Positions 27,440-38,212 of a stretch of DNA of 64,000 bases are shown here, in pieces (position 1 is the first letter of the stretch; each line of letters begins with the position of its first letter). The notes below the pieces were generated by a model, which worked only from the letters and a program-made list of their open reading frames with translations, had not been told where the DNA came from and did not search any database. The stretch is from Aureliella sp. GTDB taxonomy: Bacteria; Planctomycetota; Planctomycetia; Pirellulales; Pirellulaceae. The translations under genes were made by a program, and so were the position numbers. Location: contig OY829846.1 of the NCBI GenBank assembly GCA_963691875.1, forward strand, positions 160,001-224,000, written 5' to 3'.

Positions 27440-28669
27440 GACTAAACCCTCTATGTTTGCGAACGGTAATTACTCAGAGTTGGAGTACATAGTCTCGCAA
27501 CCCCTGTGAAGAAACAGCCCGCCTGGCGTTATTGTATCGAACGCTAGGGGTTTTCAAGTTTGCATAACAAGAAAGGTAGGATTTTGCTTTCCAATGTAAT
27601 TCCTTCAACCAGCAAACAGGTTTATACCATCGCCGCAGCCGCCGCATGACTGGCCGCATGTGCTCGGCAGTGCCGGTGGGAGTTCAGTCTTTGTGCCGAT
27701 AATACTTCTCTGCCAAGATGCGATACGCATTAATCAGGCCAGATAGGGTTGGACTAAATGGAGAAAATCTCTTGGAAAAACGCAGCACTGCTGCGAATCC
27801 ATGGCCGGAACTGATACCACCGACGATACGATGTCACCCAAAATCTGTCAGGAAAAGAAGAAGCCGTATACTACGCGCATTAAAAACATCCAACTAACTG
27901 CCGGTTTTTACTTTCAGTTCTAATGACTAGATGGGAGGAGGTAACACTCTCAATCACGAAGAGCCAGGAAGTTTGCTTCTTGGTGCCTCTAGAGAGAGGG
28001 AAGCTGCTTGAGTCAGCGGCATCGATAGACTTTACCCCCAGCGGCAGCTTGCACAACCCCGGGGCACGATTCAGAGACAGAAGCGATTACTTCTCTGAGT
28101 GACAAAGCTTGTTAGAGGATTGCAGGGGATCGCAGGAAGGCCCTGAGCAGTATCGCAAATGGGCAAAGCAACTTGAGCAGGAGCAACCGGATTTCAGACG
28201 GCCTGCTGCTTGGGGGCAAGCGGTCAGAGGCCATAAAACGCGCTGGCAATTGTGACAGACTAAACCTGGGCCGGTGGCAAGGCTGATTCGAGAGCAACAG
28301 TTCCTGTCAAACATGCACTTTTTGCGACTTCTGTTTCGCAAATACGGATAGAAAAAGGTAGATGAATGCACCCCAAACATTTTTGGAAACATCAGCAATT
28401 CTTCTTGCAAGCGGTCGCTTTTTCTTCGGCGTAAGTATTTTCGCAGATTTGCCAGGCACCTCAAACTTACTGAGACAAGTTGGGCAGATATCGATGATGC
28501 CCGCCTCGTCCGAAGATGACTCCAGCTAGACTTTGCAGTCGGGGCAGGCGTAGACAACGACTGGCGCGCGAAACCACGACTTCTCAATTCGATAATCCAT
28601 CACTTCTTAGTGACTCCTCTTTGAGTACTGCCACCTGTCCAGCTGCCAGCTTTTCAAGACTTGCGATAC

Positions 28670-28900
28670 TTATACAGATGCGAATAACAGATGCGAATAC
28701 GCCGCCAACTGCGGCTGCTGCTTCTTGCTCCTCACTGCCACGACTGAGTTGGCCAGGAACGATTCCAGGTTAACTCTGAGGTGGCTTCTGGAGCCTGTGC
28801 CAGCATCGTAGTGCTGCATCCTATTCTGTTTGCAATATCTCCTGACTGTATCTGGGGACACCTTCAGCAGCTCTGCTGCTACATCTTCTACCGTTTTCAC
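28670..28900 (-). CDS. Second excisionase-like HTH protein (chimeric 5' end)
   Basis: Shares MKTVEDVAAEL with xis, then KVSPDTVRRYC HTH. Confidence 0.6.
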   Translation of the reverse strand: MKTVEDVAAELLKVSPDTVRRYCKQNRMQHYDAGTGSRSHLRVNLESFLANSVVAVRSKKQQPQLAAYSHLLFASV

Positions 28901-29106
28901 TCTTTCTGTATCGCTTTCCAGAAGCTAGATAGGGTTTCAAGAAATACTAAACCTAGCGTTCACCATCATGGGCTCCTTTTATACGAGATCTTCATACCGT
29001 GTCAAATTTGTGAAGCGAATCATTGAATCTTACGCCAGCATGAGCCATGGCGGCGACATGATGGCGCGAACATATAACCGCACCCGAAAAGACCACCTGT
29101 CCAGCT
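28869..29106. repeat. ~238-bp direct repeat, copy B
   Basis: Near-identical to 25878..26115. Confidence 0.9.
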
Positions 29107-29246
29107 GCTAGCTTTCACACACTTGCGTTGTACAAAAACAATTCATACAGTGTTGAGATGCCCAAAATAAACAAAGAAAAGATGCTGCGAGATCTTAGGC
29201 ACGCTCCAACAGCAAGAGGAATTGATTCTGACTGAACGAGACATCA

Positions 29247-29450
29247 ATGACTGAACAACCAAATCCATACAGCCAGCCAGAGAGTAGCGAGCTACCTATC
29301 GTTGAAGCGAGGAAGCCCACAAGCAAGCGTAAACTTTGGTTTTGGCTAGCGATGGGTGGCTGTGTCTTCCCGCTTGCACTTATTGGGTTAGCGGTAGTTG
29401 TGTTTATCGTTTTCTATATTTTTAACGCTGATTACGTGAATAGCGTCTGA
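29247..29450 (+). CDS. Small membrane protein with N-terminal NPY..P motif
   Basis: MTEQPNPYSQP plus a long TM, typical of planctomycete small proteins. Confidence 0.6.
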   Translation: MTEQPNPYSQPESSELPIVEARKPTSKRKLWFWLAMGGCVFPLALIGLAVVVFIVFYIFNADYVNSV

Positions 29451-29511
29451 TCTTTTGACTTAATGAAATCGCCTATCGCAGCCGTGTGGCATGTGGGCAA
29501 AGCCTAGAGGG

Positions 29512-29919
29512 TCATTTGCGACAAGAGTGCTTCCGATTGGCCTGCTCTAATTGTTCCATTGCTTCTTTGCTGAGCTTAGTGCGTATGGGGCGTCCTATTT
29601 TAGTAGCACCTACTGGCAATATAAGGTTTGCTTTTTCAAGCGTTTCCCAAGTCGTCTTACCTTCGGCGACCCTGCGTCGTGCTTCGTGATAGCAACTCGC
29701 TTTGCAGATGCCGCGAACCACGTCTTTGCTGTTTGAGACAGGTTGCTTGCAATAAAGGCAAATGCGACTTTCGTCAGTTGATTCTGCGTCGGCGTTTTGC
29801 TGCGGTCGTTCACACAAAGTACCTCGTTGGTTCTCTGGCTCATTCTCTAGTTTTATCGCCCCTAGGGGGGCCTCAGGCGTCGCCAGTCGCGACTGGATTC
29901 TCAGTGCGATAAGATGCAC
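29512..29919 (-). CDS. Cys-motif (CLYC...RGICKASCY) phage-type protein, start uncertain
   Basis: Putative Zn-binding motif. Confidence 0.5.
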   Translation of the reverse strand: MHLIALRIQSRLATPEAPLGAIKLENEPENQRGTLCERPQQNADAESTDESRICLYCKQPVSNSKDVVRGICKASCYHEARRRVAEGKTTWETLEKANLILPVGATKIGRPIRTKLSKEAMEQLEQANRKHSCRK

Positions 29920-30510
29920 CCTGTTTTTGCAACGCGTTAAACCGGCTCTCCGTGGCTCTCAGGGGTATCTGCGTGGAGGTCTCTCGCACCTCTTACGAAG
30001 ATCTATCTGACCGAGATGACCTCAACGAACGCCTCACGGATGAAATAAGGAAAGCCTTCAAACCGTTCGGGTTCAAAGGCTTACAGGCTTCGATTGAATC
30101 TCTCGCCAAAGGCAAGAGTCATTTGCTGATAGGCACTTTGGCTGCGACTGAATAAGTTCGTCAAAAATTAACCTGAGCAGGCAGGTCACTTGGTTGGTCA
30201 GAACTTGGGCGTCACGTCATTGCGGTGATGGCCTATGATCAACTTTCGCAGGAAGAGCTTTTGCGTCCAGATCTATGCCCTTTTTGTCTCTAGGGCCGTC
30301 GCTTCTTTCCCACTGTGGCGAGTCTTCGCCATCTCTCTGATGTCTTGAGTACCTCTCTTTTCGCTAGTCGTTCTATTCGTGCTACACGTTGTGATCACAA
30401 ACACAACCAAGCCCGCCGACGGTTACGTTCTAGGCCCTTCTTGGCCTCCCGCGTGTAGCAAACTGTCGGCGGTTGGTAACAGTGCGCTGACAGCGAAGGA
30501 AGAAGGACAG

Positions 30511-31242
30511 ATGGGGATCAACCCAATGAGAGAGGTTGCGAAAGGCATCTACGTAGATTCATGGATCCGAAAAGCAACAACATTTGGATTTGCGATTGCA
30601 GCAATGCTGGTCGCGAATGCGGGACAGGTGCAGGCAGGGCTGATGACCTCCTCCGGCGCACTCAGCAGCCCATTGCTGGTTGATTTTTCAGAGTTCTCGG
30701 GAGCTTTCAATTTCACTGCGGGACCCGTACAGATCGGGAACCCGATTGGTGAAGATATAGTATATTCATCTTCGTATTCACAGAGCGTGATAGGAGATGG
30801 CAACTACAACCTAGTTTCAAACGGTCGTTGGAATGCTGGCAGAAGCGGATTCGTAGGCATCAATTCCCCGAGTGACACTATCCGTTTTGACTTCAATGAC
30901 GGACTCGTTAGCGGGGTAGGCGGATTCGTGAACTATGCTCCCGATTATGCAACGCCATTTACCATCACAGCACTTGCGGCGGACAATTCAGTCTTAGAGA
31001 GTTATGTCATCGAGGCGGAGGCCCCAATTTCAACTCCCGGCAGTACCGACGAGGGTGCGTTTAGGGGAATTCTTCGTTCCACCGATGATATCGCAGCCTT
31101 TACAATAACTGGGGGCTACGGGGTATTGGACAATCTTACGTTTGGACGCAGTCAAGTAGCGGCCGTTCCCGAACCAACCTCCCTCGCCATCTTCGGCATC
31201 GGTGCTCTCGGCCTAGTCTTCCGCCGACCACGACGTTCATAA
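30511..31242 (+). CDS. PEP-CTERM sorting-domain protein (start approximate)
   Basis: Signal-like N-terminus ending QVQA; C-terminal VPEPTSLAIFGIGALGLVFRRPRRS. Confidence 0.9.
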   Translation: MGINPMREVAKGIYVDSWIRKATTFGFAIAAMLVANAGQVQAGLMTSSGALSSPLLVDFSEFSGAFNFTAGPVQIGNPIGEDIVYSSSYSQSVIGDGNYNLVSNGRWNAGRSGFVGINSPSDTIRFDFNDGLVSGVGGFVNYAPDYATPFTITALAADNSVLESYVIEAEAPISTPGSTDEGAFRGILRSTDDIAAFTITGGYGVLDNLTFGRSQVAAVPEPTSLAIFGIGALGLVFRRPRRS

Positions 31243-31560
31243 CAGCGAGTCGCAACGGCTTAAGTCGCGATTGGGAAAACGTTAGATAGGACCGGCACGG
31301 AAGTCCTTATGACGGAGACTCGGGAGATTAGCCCGAGTCGCTACGCTCAGCTGGCGGCAAGCGTTTCTAACTTTCTAAAAGAGCGGCAGCTTGATTGACT
31401 CGGGCTGTCGCTTCTTTCGTTTTTGGCGGGTCTCCGCCTCTTTCTGAAGCCTGAGTACCTATTGCTTTGGCTATCCGTTGTGTTGCCTAAGCGACACAAC
31501 ATTTGGTAGGCTCACCCGCCAGCTAAGCACTGAACAGTAGGCGGAACCAGAGAGGTAAAG

Positions 31561-31812
31561 ATGAAGAGTTTTGTCTCGACGACGCTGGTTATGATAGGAC
31601 TATTCGGAGGGTTGGTTTTATACGATGACCTCACAGGTCAGACTCCGCCCGAAGAGAAGCCGGGCCTGATCGGGTATGGAATGATAATACTGGGCATGAC
31701 TGCCTTCAGCGCCTTGGTCCACTTCTTGGGCGCGTTATGTGGCCCTGGAGACGGGATAGAGTCTAGTGGCGGGGGAGACTCGGGAGACGGCGGGGGAGAT
31801 GGGGGAGATTAG
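31561..31812 (+). CDS. Small two-TM protein with Gly/Asp tail
   Basis: GAGG RBS; two TMs; GGGDSGDGGGDGGD. Confidence 0.65.
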   Translation: MKSFVSTTLVMIGLFGGLVLYDDLTGQTPPEEKPGLIGYGMIILGMTAFSALVHFLGALCGPGDGIESSGGGDSGDGGGDGGD

Positions 31813-31984
31813 CCTCGAATGCTACCCTTTTGGCTAGCGTTTCTAGCGTTATCACGGCAGCAAAAAAAGGCGATATTTTTACCACCCTTTTCACGACCCT
31901 TTTCGAGTGAAAAACAGTCCTAGTCAGGCCCACTCGATTAGCGTTTTACCTCGGAAAAACAAGGGTTTTCTATGCCCTGCACTT

Positions 31985-32028
31985 CCTTGGGGTGGTAGAG
32001 GTCGTGGGTTCAAATCCCGCTAGCCCGA
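31985..32028 (+). repeat. att copy: exact 3' 44 bp of tRNA-Pro
   Basis: CCTTGGGGTGGTAGAGGTCGTGGGTTCAAATCCCGCTAGCCCGA. Confidence 0.95.
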
Positions 32029-32037
32029 TTTGAAATC

Positions 32038-32076
32038 AAAACAGCTCGTCGCATCGATTTGCGTCGAGCTGTTTTT
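32038..32076 (+). terminator. Terminator after the att copy
   Basis: AAAACAGCTCG...CGAGCTGTTTTT. Confidence 0.7.
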
Positions 32077-32312
32077 CGTGTGTTGCCAACGCTTCGCGAT
32101 CTCTTGAAATTCTGTCTCTGTAGTTCAAACAGTCATTCGATCTCGGACCGTTGATTTGGTCATCTGCGATATCTTTTGCTGCGTAAAGAGATGGTAAGTT
32201 TAAATCCTGTCGCCACTCTCGTTTCGCGTTGACGTTAGGGGACTGACGCCATGCAATCCGAATTAACGTTGACGCGACATCCGAACCAAGAGCAGGAAAG
32301 CCAAGGCCCCTC

Positions 32313-33352
32313 TTAGAAAGAAAGCTCTTCGTCGTCTTTTTCATCGTCGTCTTTTGGATTGTTGTTTGGGGGATACTTCCACGCTGCCAGCGCCACGGCC
32401 ACTTCATCGAGCCATTGCGTCTCAGGTTCGTACTCGGGCGACTTGCCCATGGTCGGGCAAATGCCGCCGCCCCCGGAGTGTTCATTCCATGAATACATGA
32501 TCACAGTCTGCGCCTCGCAGTTCTCGGGGTGGGTTGCCACGAAATCAAGAACAGCTTTTACTCGGGCCGCGAGGTCACCGTCCTTGGGTCACTGGCAGTG
32601 ATACAATTCTTTTATAGGCTTTTGCTTGCGATTAAAGGCGTGGGCCCACCGATAATGCATGCTCGGGCAGGGAGGAATGAACGGAAGGTCGCGGTTCAGA
32701 TACTCTTGCTCGCAGGTCTTGAGGATCTCCTCGGTGGCCGACGCATAGGTTGGCGCTTCGTCTCTTCTGGCAACCTCACCGCCATAGGCTCCCTCATAGT
32801 CCATGAATGCATCGTAGCCCTCTTTCTTCAGTGTTTCGGCATGCATGAAACTATACCTCGGCTCCATGCAACCAACGATGTAAGGGGTCTTCAGGCCCGC
32901 GGCTTCGACCTGCTACCTGACGTACTCCGCAGTTTCGCCGCCGGTCATGTGCTCTTTGCCCTGGGCGATCTGTAGGGCCGCTCGGAATCGTTCGGGATGG
33001 TAGACGACGATCAAGGGGCGACCGTCCATCACCGTCTGCCAGTTCGGCATTTTGATGTACTTAATCGTCTCGTCCATCATGGTGGTCACTTTGCTTCGCG
33101 TGTAACGAATGGCTCGGTGCGCATACAGAGCCCAAGTGAAGTTTACTTTTTGGGCTTCTGGTATCTTGCTGGCCATGTGGCAATCGAAATTGTTCCTGAG
33201 TCCCCAACCGTTGGCGTAAAGCTTGCGTGCCGGTCCGTGGTAGACAAAGAAATCAATTCCGGCGTTGCAGGCATAGCGGAGCTCCTCGTCCATGGTCTCC
33301 TGCAGCAGTTGCTGGCTGAAGGGATGGTTGAACCACAGAGGACCGGCGTTGG
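32313..33352 (-). pseudogene. Fragmented glycoside hydrolase (GH71/GH99/WbsX-like)
   Basis: MDEELRYACNAGIDFF, DGRPL and YSWNEH.GG motifs spread over three broken ORFs. Confidence 0.6.
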
Positions 33353-34395
33353 CGGGCTGGGTAGCCCTGCAGGGACGGCTTTTGTTGAGCGGGGACGTGA
33401 CGTTCGCGCCCAAAGACGACGAAGTCACCTCGGCTGTTGCGGCGTCCCGTCGGCTGATTCTTGAGAATGGGTAGCAGCGAATCCCCAGTCATTTGCCTGG
33501 GTATTTTGCTGCCGGCGACTTCCAGAAACGTCGGAGCCAAGTCGGTTAACGAAACCAACGTGTCGACAGAGCGAGGCAATTTCACTTGCTGACCCCAGCG
33601 AATCGCCAGTGGTACGCGGGTGCCCCAGTCGTAGAGGTTGGCTTTGCAGCGGGGAAAGGGCATACCGTGGTCGCCAGTCATGACGATGATCGTATTTTCG
33701 AGTTCGTTGGCTGCTTCGAGCAGTTCGATGGCCTTGCCCACGTCACGGTCCCAGCGCTGAACTTCAAAATAGTAATCCGCAATGTCGCTGCGAATCTCGG
33801 CAGTGTCCGGATAGAACGCAGGGACCCGTACTTTGTCGACGGGAATTCCGCTCTTCGCACCGCTGTCTTTGACGTAGCTGCGATGCGGATCACTGGTGCC
33901 GAACCAGAAACAAAAGGGCTTGCCTCTATCCCGCTGCTGCATGAATTCGTTGAATGTGCTCGCAGGTCCGCACGGGTCCTCGGTGTATCCGCCTGGCATA
34001 AACGAACCGGGCCCCCACGCTTTGCGCCAATGACCAATTTCATAGCCCGCTCCTCTTAAAAGAAACATAAAGTTTGGATAACTAACATCCAAAGTGCTCC
34101 AAAGATTCGCCCCAGATTCCAGGCGGTAGAACTGTTGCCCGGTCAGGATGGAATTGCGACAGGGAGTGCAGGAGGGGCAGGAGACAAAGGCACGCTCGAA
34201 GAGAATCCCTTCTTTCGCCAGCCTATCAAAAGTGGGTGTCTTGATCACTTGATCGCCATAAACCCCGGCATGTGGCCAACCCCAATCGTCCGCCATGCAG
34301 AACAAGATACTGGGAGACTTTGCTTCGACTCGACCAGCAGGCGTGAAGGCAATCAAGAGCGGGGCGATTGCGACCGAGAGGAGTGCTGGTTTCAT
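33253..34395 (-). pseudogene. Sulfatase, 3'-truncated at ~33352
   Basis: ADDWG, SCTPCR, GDHG motifs; similarity stops after GYPAR and runs into the GH remnant. Confidence 0.75.
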
Positions 34396-37300
34396 TTTGT
34401 TTGCTCCTTCAATTCGCTCAGGTGTAGCTTGCCGTCGCCATTTGAATCGATGTTATTGAATCGCTTGGTTAGGGCGAGCACATTGCGCCCCTTTGGGTTA
34501 CCAATGAATTCTTCCAGCGTGATCGCTCCGTCACCATTCCGATCCCGACTCTTGAAGAATTGGTCCTGCGAGCGGCGCCCGGGCGGGGGCCATTGCGAAG
34601 CGGCTTGATTGACTGATCCTGACGGCAACATCACGTACTCATGTGAGACCTCGGAGCCATTCCGGCTGAGCTCCAGCACACAGGCGGGAATCGTGGCCAA
34701 ATTGATCTCTTGGGGAATGGCTCCACCTTTCCAGCCAAACAGGACCTTGGCAGTTCCATTCTTTGGTGCCGCGTCCCAGCCCAGTTCCACGCTTCCGTCG
34801 GAGATGTTGTTGACCCGAACCCAGTTCGATCCCTCCAGCACAATCGCATGTGTGTGGCGAGAGGCGTCGTCCTGATCTGTCAGCCGGATCAGGCGATTGC
34901 CCGCCTTGTCGGTCTTGATTGGGGGGACATTCAAGCGAAGCGCCCGAGGTCGCTTTGGACCTGTGCGGACAGACTGCTCCGTGCGCATCGCCTGTGGGTC
35001 TCCCATGAAGTTAGGATTGCGAATCGGAACAAGGGCATCCGTGTCGGCAAGGAAGGTTTCAATCAAACGATCAAGCTCCCGAACTTTTTCCGGGAAGTGG
35101 TCCGCCAGATTGATCGCCTCGGAGGGATCACGTTTCAGATCGAAGAGTTCGTAGGCATGCGAGGCAGCATCCTTTCCGGCATGGAAGAAACGAATGAGTT
35201 TCCAGTCCCCATATCGCACGCTGGTCGAAGGCGCGCATAGCGCGCCCATGTTGTGCGGGAAGTGAGTGAAGATGGGACGGCGTTTCATTGCATCACCGCG
35301 CAGCAGGGGAACAATGCTCTTTCCGTCCAGTGGCATACCCTCACAAGGCATCACCCCGGCAGCTTCCAACACCGTCGGATAGATGTCGGTGGATTGAACC
35401 GGATCGTGGCATACAGTTCCCGGCTGGATCTTTCCGGGCCAGCGGACAATCCACGGCTCCCGCACGCCGCCTTCATAGGTATTGGCCTTGCCGCCGCGCA
35501 GAGGGCGGTTCGATGTCCAGGGATTGCCGTCCACCTGATTGTGAATCACGCCGCCGTTGTCGGAGGTCAGGATGATCAGAGTGTTTTCCTTCAGCTGGCG
35601 ATTGGCCGGCTTGTCTAGCCAGTCGAGTAACATGCCAATGCTGTTGTCCATGCTGTCGAGCATGGTCGCCATTTCGGGACAGCGTTGATCGGCCTTTGGG
35701 TCTCTGCGTCTGTTGTATTTGGGCAACAGGTCTTTCTTAGGAATGACCGGACCGTGTACCGCGTAGTGCCAGAAGTTCAAGTAGAACGGCTGGTCGGAAT
35801 CCTTGACCGAATCAATCCACTTGATGGATTCCTCCGCCAGTCGTTCATTCAGGTACTCCCCTTCTGGACCTGGTTTCAAGTTCCGGATGCCGGATCCGTT
35901 GCGTGCATAGGGCGAGTAGTAGTCGGGCGGCCCCGGTCGGTGCGCGCCTCCGATGACAAAATCAAAACCTTGATTTTCCGCGTGATACTTCGTGTCGCCT
36001 TCTGTAAACCGCGCGCCAGAGGGACTCAAATGCCATTTGCCGATATGTGCTGTGTGGTAGTTCGCCTCCTTGAGCGCCTCGGCCAACGTGAAAACTTCCA
36101 ACGGCAGATGATTTCGGTTCTGCACGCGACCGCAGTATTCATTGGGATTCGGCGGCAAAGCCTTTGGATTCGGCACGTTCTTAGGTGTCACCGCCTGGGT
36201 CATGCGCAGCCGGGCGGGATATTGGCCCGACATGATGCTGGCGCGGGTGGGTGAGCACAGGGGAGCCGCCGCGTAGGCATCAGTGAAACGAATGCCCTCG
36301 CCGCAAAGACGCGCCAGGTTGGGAGTGTCGTAGTACATCGAGCCGTATGAAGCAGAATCGGCCCAGCCCATGTCATCAATCAGGATCATGATCACGTTGG
36401 GTTTTTGCGCGTCTTTGGTGGACTGAATCGGAGCGCTCCTCAACGGGGACGTTACCGACGGCGTATTCCGATGCTTTTGCGCGGCGGCACCGGTTGACTG
36501 CGACTCTCTGGCTTTCGAATTTCGTTCCACGGTTTTTGAACGACCAGAGTTCTCGCGCACGCCCCATTGTCTTTCAGCAAATTCATAGAGACTGGAATGG
36601 AAGCCGCCAGAGTAATGGGGAACCGGCAGGGTCTTCGTAAAGGATTTTAATTCCTTCCTGAACTCGGCGGCTTTCTCCGGCATTTCTTCAATCAAGTTGA
36701 CCGCCTCATGGAAGTCCTTGTCGGGGTTGTAAGCTGCCGGCTTTTCCATGGAGACGTCAAACAGGAGTTCCTCGCCGTTCTCGTGCCGCATGTATTTGAG
36801 TTTCCCTTCGATGATGGACGCCGTATTCATGTAGCGCTGATACAGATATCGATGCGGGGCGCCTTTATCCTCGCCGGTGAGGTGCGGCATCAGGTTCACC
36901 CCGTCGAGCATGGGGTCCGAATCAGGGGCGCCGCCAGCAACAGCTACCGCGGTGGCGCCGGCATCCAGTGTATTGACACCCTGGTCAAACACCTGACTTG
37001 GGATAACGCCTTTCCAGTGGATGATGTAGGGAATCCGGGAACCTCCTTCGAAGATGATTCCTTTGGACCCATGCCAGGGATCGTTAACGGAGCCATCCCA
37101 GGATCGGACGCTTAAGGGGGCGCCGTTGTCACTCATGAAGAAGATGAGAGTGTTTTCCAACTTCCCCTTTTCTTGCAGCAACCGATAGATGTCCCCGACG
37201 CCGTTGTCGATGCCCTTCAATAGAGCCAGACCTTGCTGCCGAACCTCGGCTTCGGTGTAGTCTCTTGCGTAGTTGGCACTCTTTTTGATCATCACGCTGG

Positions 37301-38135
37301 AGTGATCGTAGCCCTTCTGCTCAAGTTCCGAGAGTGAAAGAACCTGATCAGTCAACGAGGCAGGTGCGTCCAAAGGAACATGCGGACCGTAGTAGCCGAG
37401 GTACAGAAAAAACGGATCCGATTCGTCCACGTGTCGATTGATGAAAGCCAGAGCAAGCTCGGTCTGCAACTGGATGCGGTACTTTTCCTTGTGCGAATTT
37501 TCTTCATAGGTGCGATAGTTCACCTCTCTGGCAGGGAAGCTTTTTCCGGTGACATCGAAGTTGGACCAGAGGCTTGTTGCTGTACCCTCGGCAAATTCAT
37601 CGTAACCAAACCGTTGCGGTTTGAATGAGTTCAAAACCGAGAGAGGAACGTCCGCCATGCTTTTGTAGCCATGCGTCTTCAACCATTGCTTGGTTCCTCG
37701 ATTGACATCGAGGTGCCATTTCCCGACGTGTCCGGTCGTGTATCCCAATCCTTTCAAACGCGAGGCAATGGATTTTTGTGTCGTGGGAAGCGGCCCCTCC
37801 TTGTTTGATTCAACCCCAAAGCGCTGCTGATACCGTCCAGTGACAATTCCCGCGCGCGATGGCACACATTGCGGCGCGGTGCAGTAAGCCTGCGTCATCA
37901 GCGCTCCGTGGGTCGACAGTCGGTGTACGTTAGGCATGCTGACTTCATCGCGCAGATCGGTCGCTTCCAGGTCGTTGTAGCCATGGTCATCAGTCACGAT
38001 GAAAATGAGGTTCGGCCGATGAGCACCAAGCTTTGACTCCTGAGCGAATGCGGAAGGGGTAACAGTGCAGAACATCAAGAATGCCAACATTAATGTCGCA
38101 AGCATTGTCTTTGCCTTATCCAGGGGGAGAGCCAT
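34392..38135 (-). CDS. Secreted tandem double sulfatase with C-terminal EF-hands
   Basis: Two CxPxR motifs (CVPSR, CSPTR), two GKWHL; DRNGDGAITLEEF and DSNGDGKLHLSEL. Confidence 0.9.
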   Translation of the reverse strand: MALPLDKAKTMLATLMLAFLMFCTVTPSAFAQESKLGAHRPNLIFIVTDDHGYNDLEATDLRDEVSMPNVHRLSTHGALMTQAYCTAPQCVPSRAGIVTGRYQQRFGVESNKEGPLPTTQKSIASRLKGLGYTTGHVGKWHLDVNRGTKQWLKTHGYKSMADVPLSVLNSFKPQRFGYDEFAEGTATSLWSNFDVTGKSFPAREVNYRTYEENSHKEKYRIQLQTELALAFINRHVDESDPFFLYLGYYGPHVPLDAPASLTDQVLSLSELEQKGYDHSSVMIKKSANYARDYTEAEVRQQGLALLKGIDNGVGDIYRLLQEKGKLENTLIFFMSDNGAPLSVRSWDGSVNDPWHGSKGIIFEGGSRIPYIIHWKGVIPSQVFDQGVNTLDAGATAVAVAGGAPDSDPMLDGVNLMPHLTGEDKGAPHRYLYQRYMNTASIIEGKLKYMRHENGEELLFDVSMEKPAAYNPDKDFHEAVNLIEEMPEKAAEFRKELKSFTKTLPVPHYSGGFHSSLYEFAERQWGVRENSGRSKTVERNSKARESQSTGAAAQKHRNTPSVTSPLRSAPIQSTKDAQKPNVIMILIDDMGWADSASYGSMYYDTPNLARLCGEGIRFTDAYAAAPLCSPTRASIMSGQYPARLRMTQAVTPKNVPNPKALPPNPNEYCGRVQNRNHLPLEVFTLAEALKEANYHTAHIGKWHLSPSGARFTEGDTKYHAENQGFDFVIGGAHRPGPPDYYSPYARNGSGIRNLKPGPEGEYLNERLAEESIKWIDSVKDSDQPFYLNFWHYAVHGPVIPKKDLLPKYNRRRDPKADQRCPEMATMLDSMDNSIGMLLDWLDKPANRQLKENTLIILTSDNGGVIHNQVDGNPWTSNRPLRGGKANTYEGGVREPWIVRWPGKIQPGTVCHDPVQSTDIYPTVLEAAGVMPCEGMPLDGKSIVPLLRGDAMKRRPIFTHFPHNMGALCAPSTSVRYGDWKLIRFFHAGKDAASHAYELFDLKRDPSEAINLADHFPEKVRELDRLIETFLADTDALVPIRNPNFMGDPQAMRTEQSVRTGPKRPRALRLNVPPIKTDKAGNRLIRLTDQDDASRHTHAIVLEGSNWVRVNNISDGSVELGWDAAPKNGTAKVLFGWKGGAIPQEINLATIPACVLELSRNGSEVSHEYVMLPSGSVNQAASQWPPPGRRSQDQFFKSRDRNGDGAITLEEFIGNPKGRNVLALTKRFNNIDSNGDGKLHLSELKEQTK

Positions 38136-38212
38136 GGTGATTCCTGTTATCCAAAAACATGGCGTTTCATAGGCTGGTATAGCTGCAGTAGGTCTTGAAC
38201 TTGACTGGCTGG

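Larger units (their letters stand above)
24580..32028. mobile_element. ~7.4 kb defective integrative element / prophage remnant in tRNA-Pro
   Basis: Exact 44-bp direct repeats at 24580..24623 and 31985..32028; integrase and xis at the left end; TACCACCCTTTTC near both ends. Confidence 0.85.

Noticed and set aside
27990..28600. Gene between the aminotransferase and the second xis
   Set aside because: Frames are interrupted by stops and match no family I recognise; possibly decayed sequence
31985..32028. Second tRNA-Pro gene (also 42604..42645)
   Set aside because: Only the 3' part is present, with no D-arm or 5' acceptor strand; these are att copies
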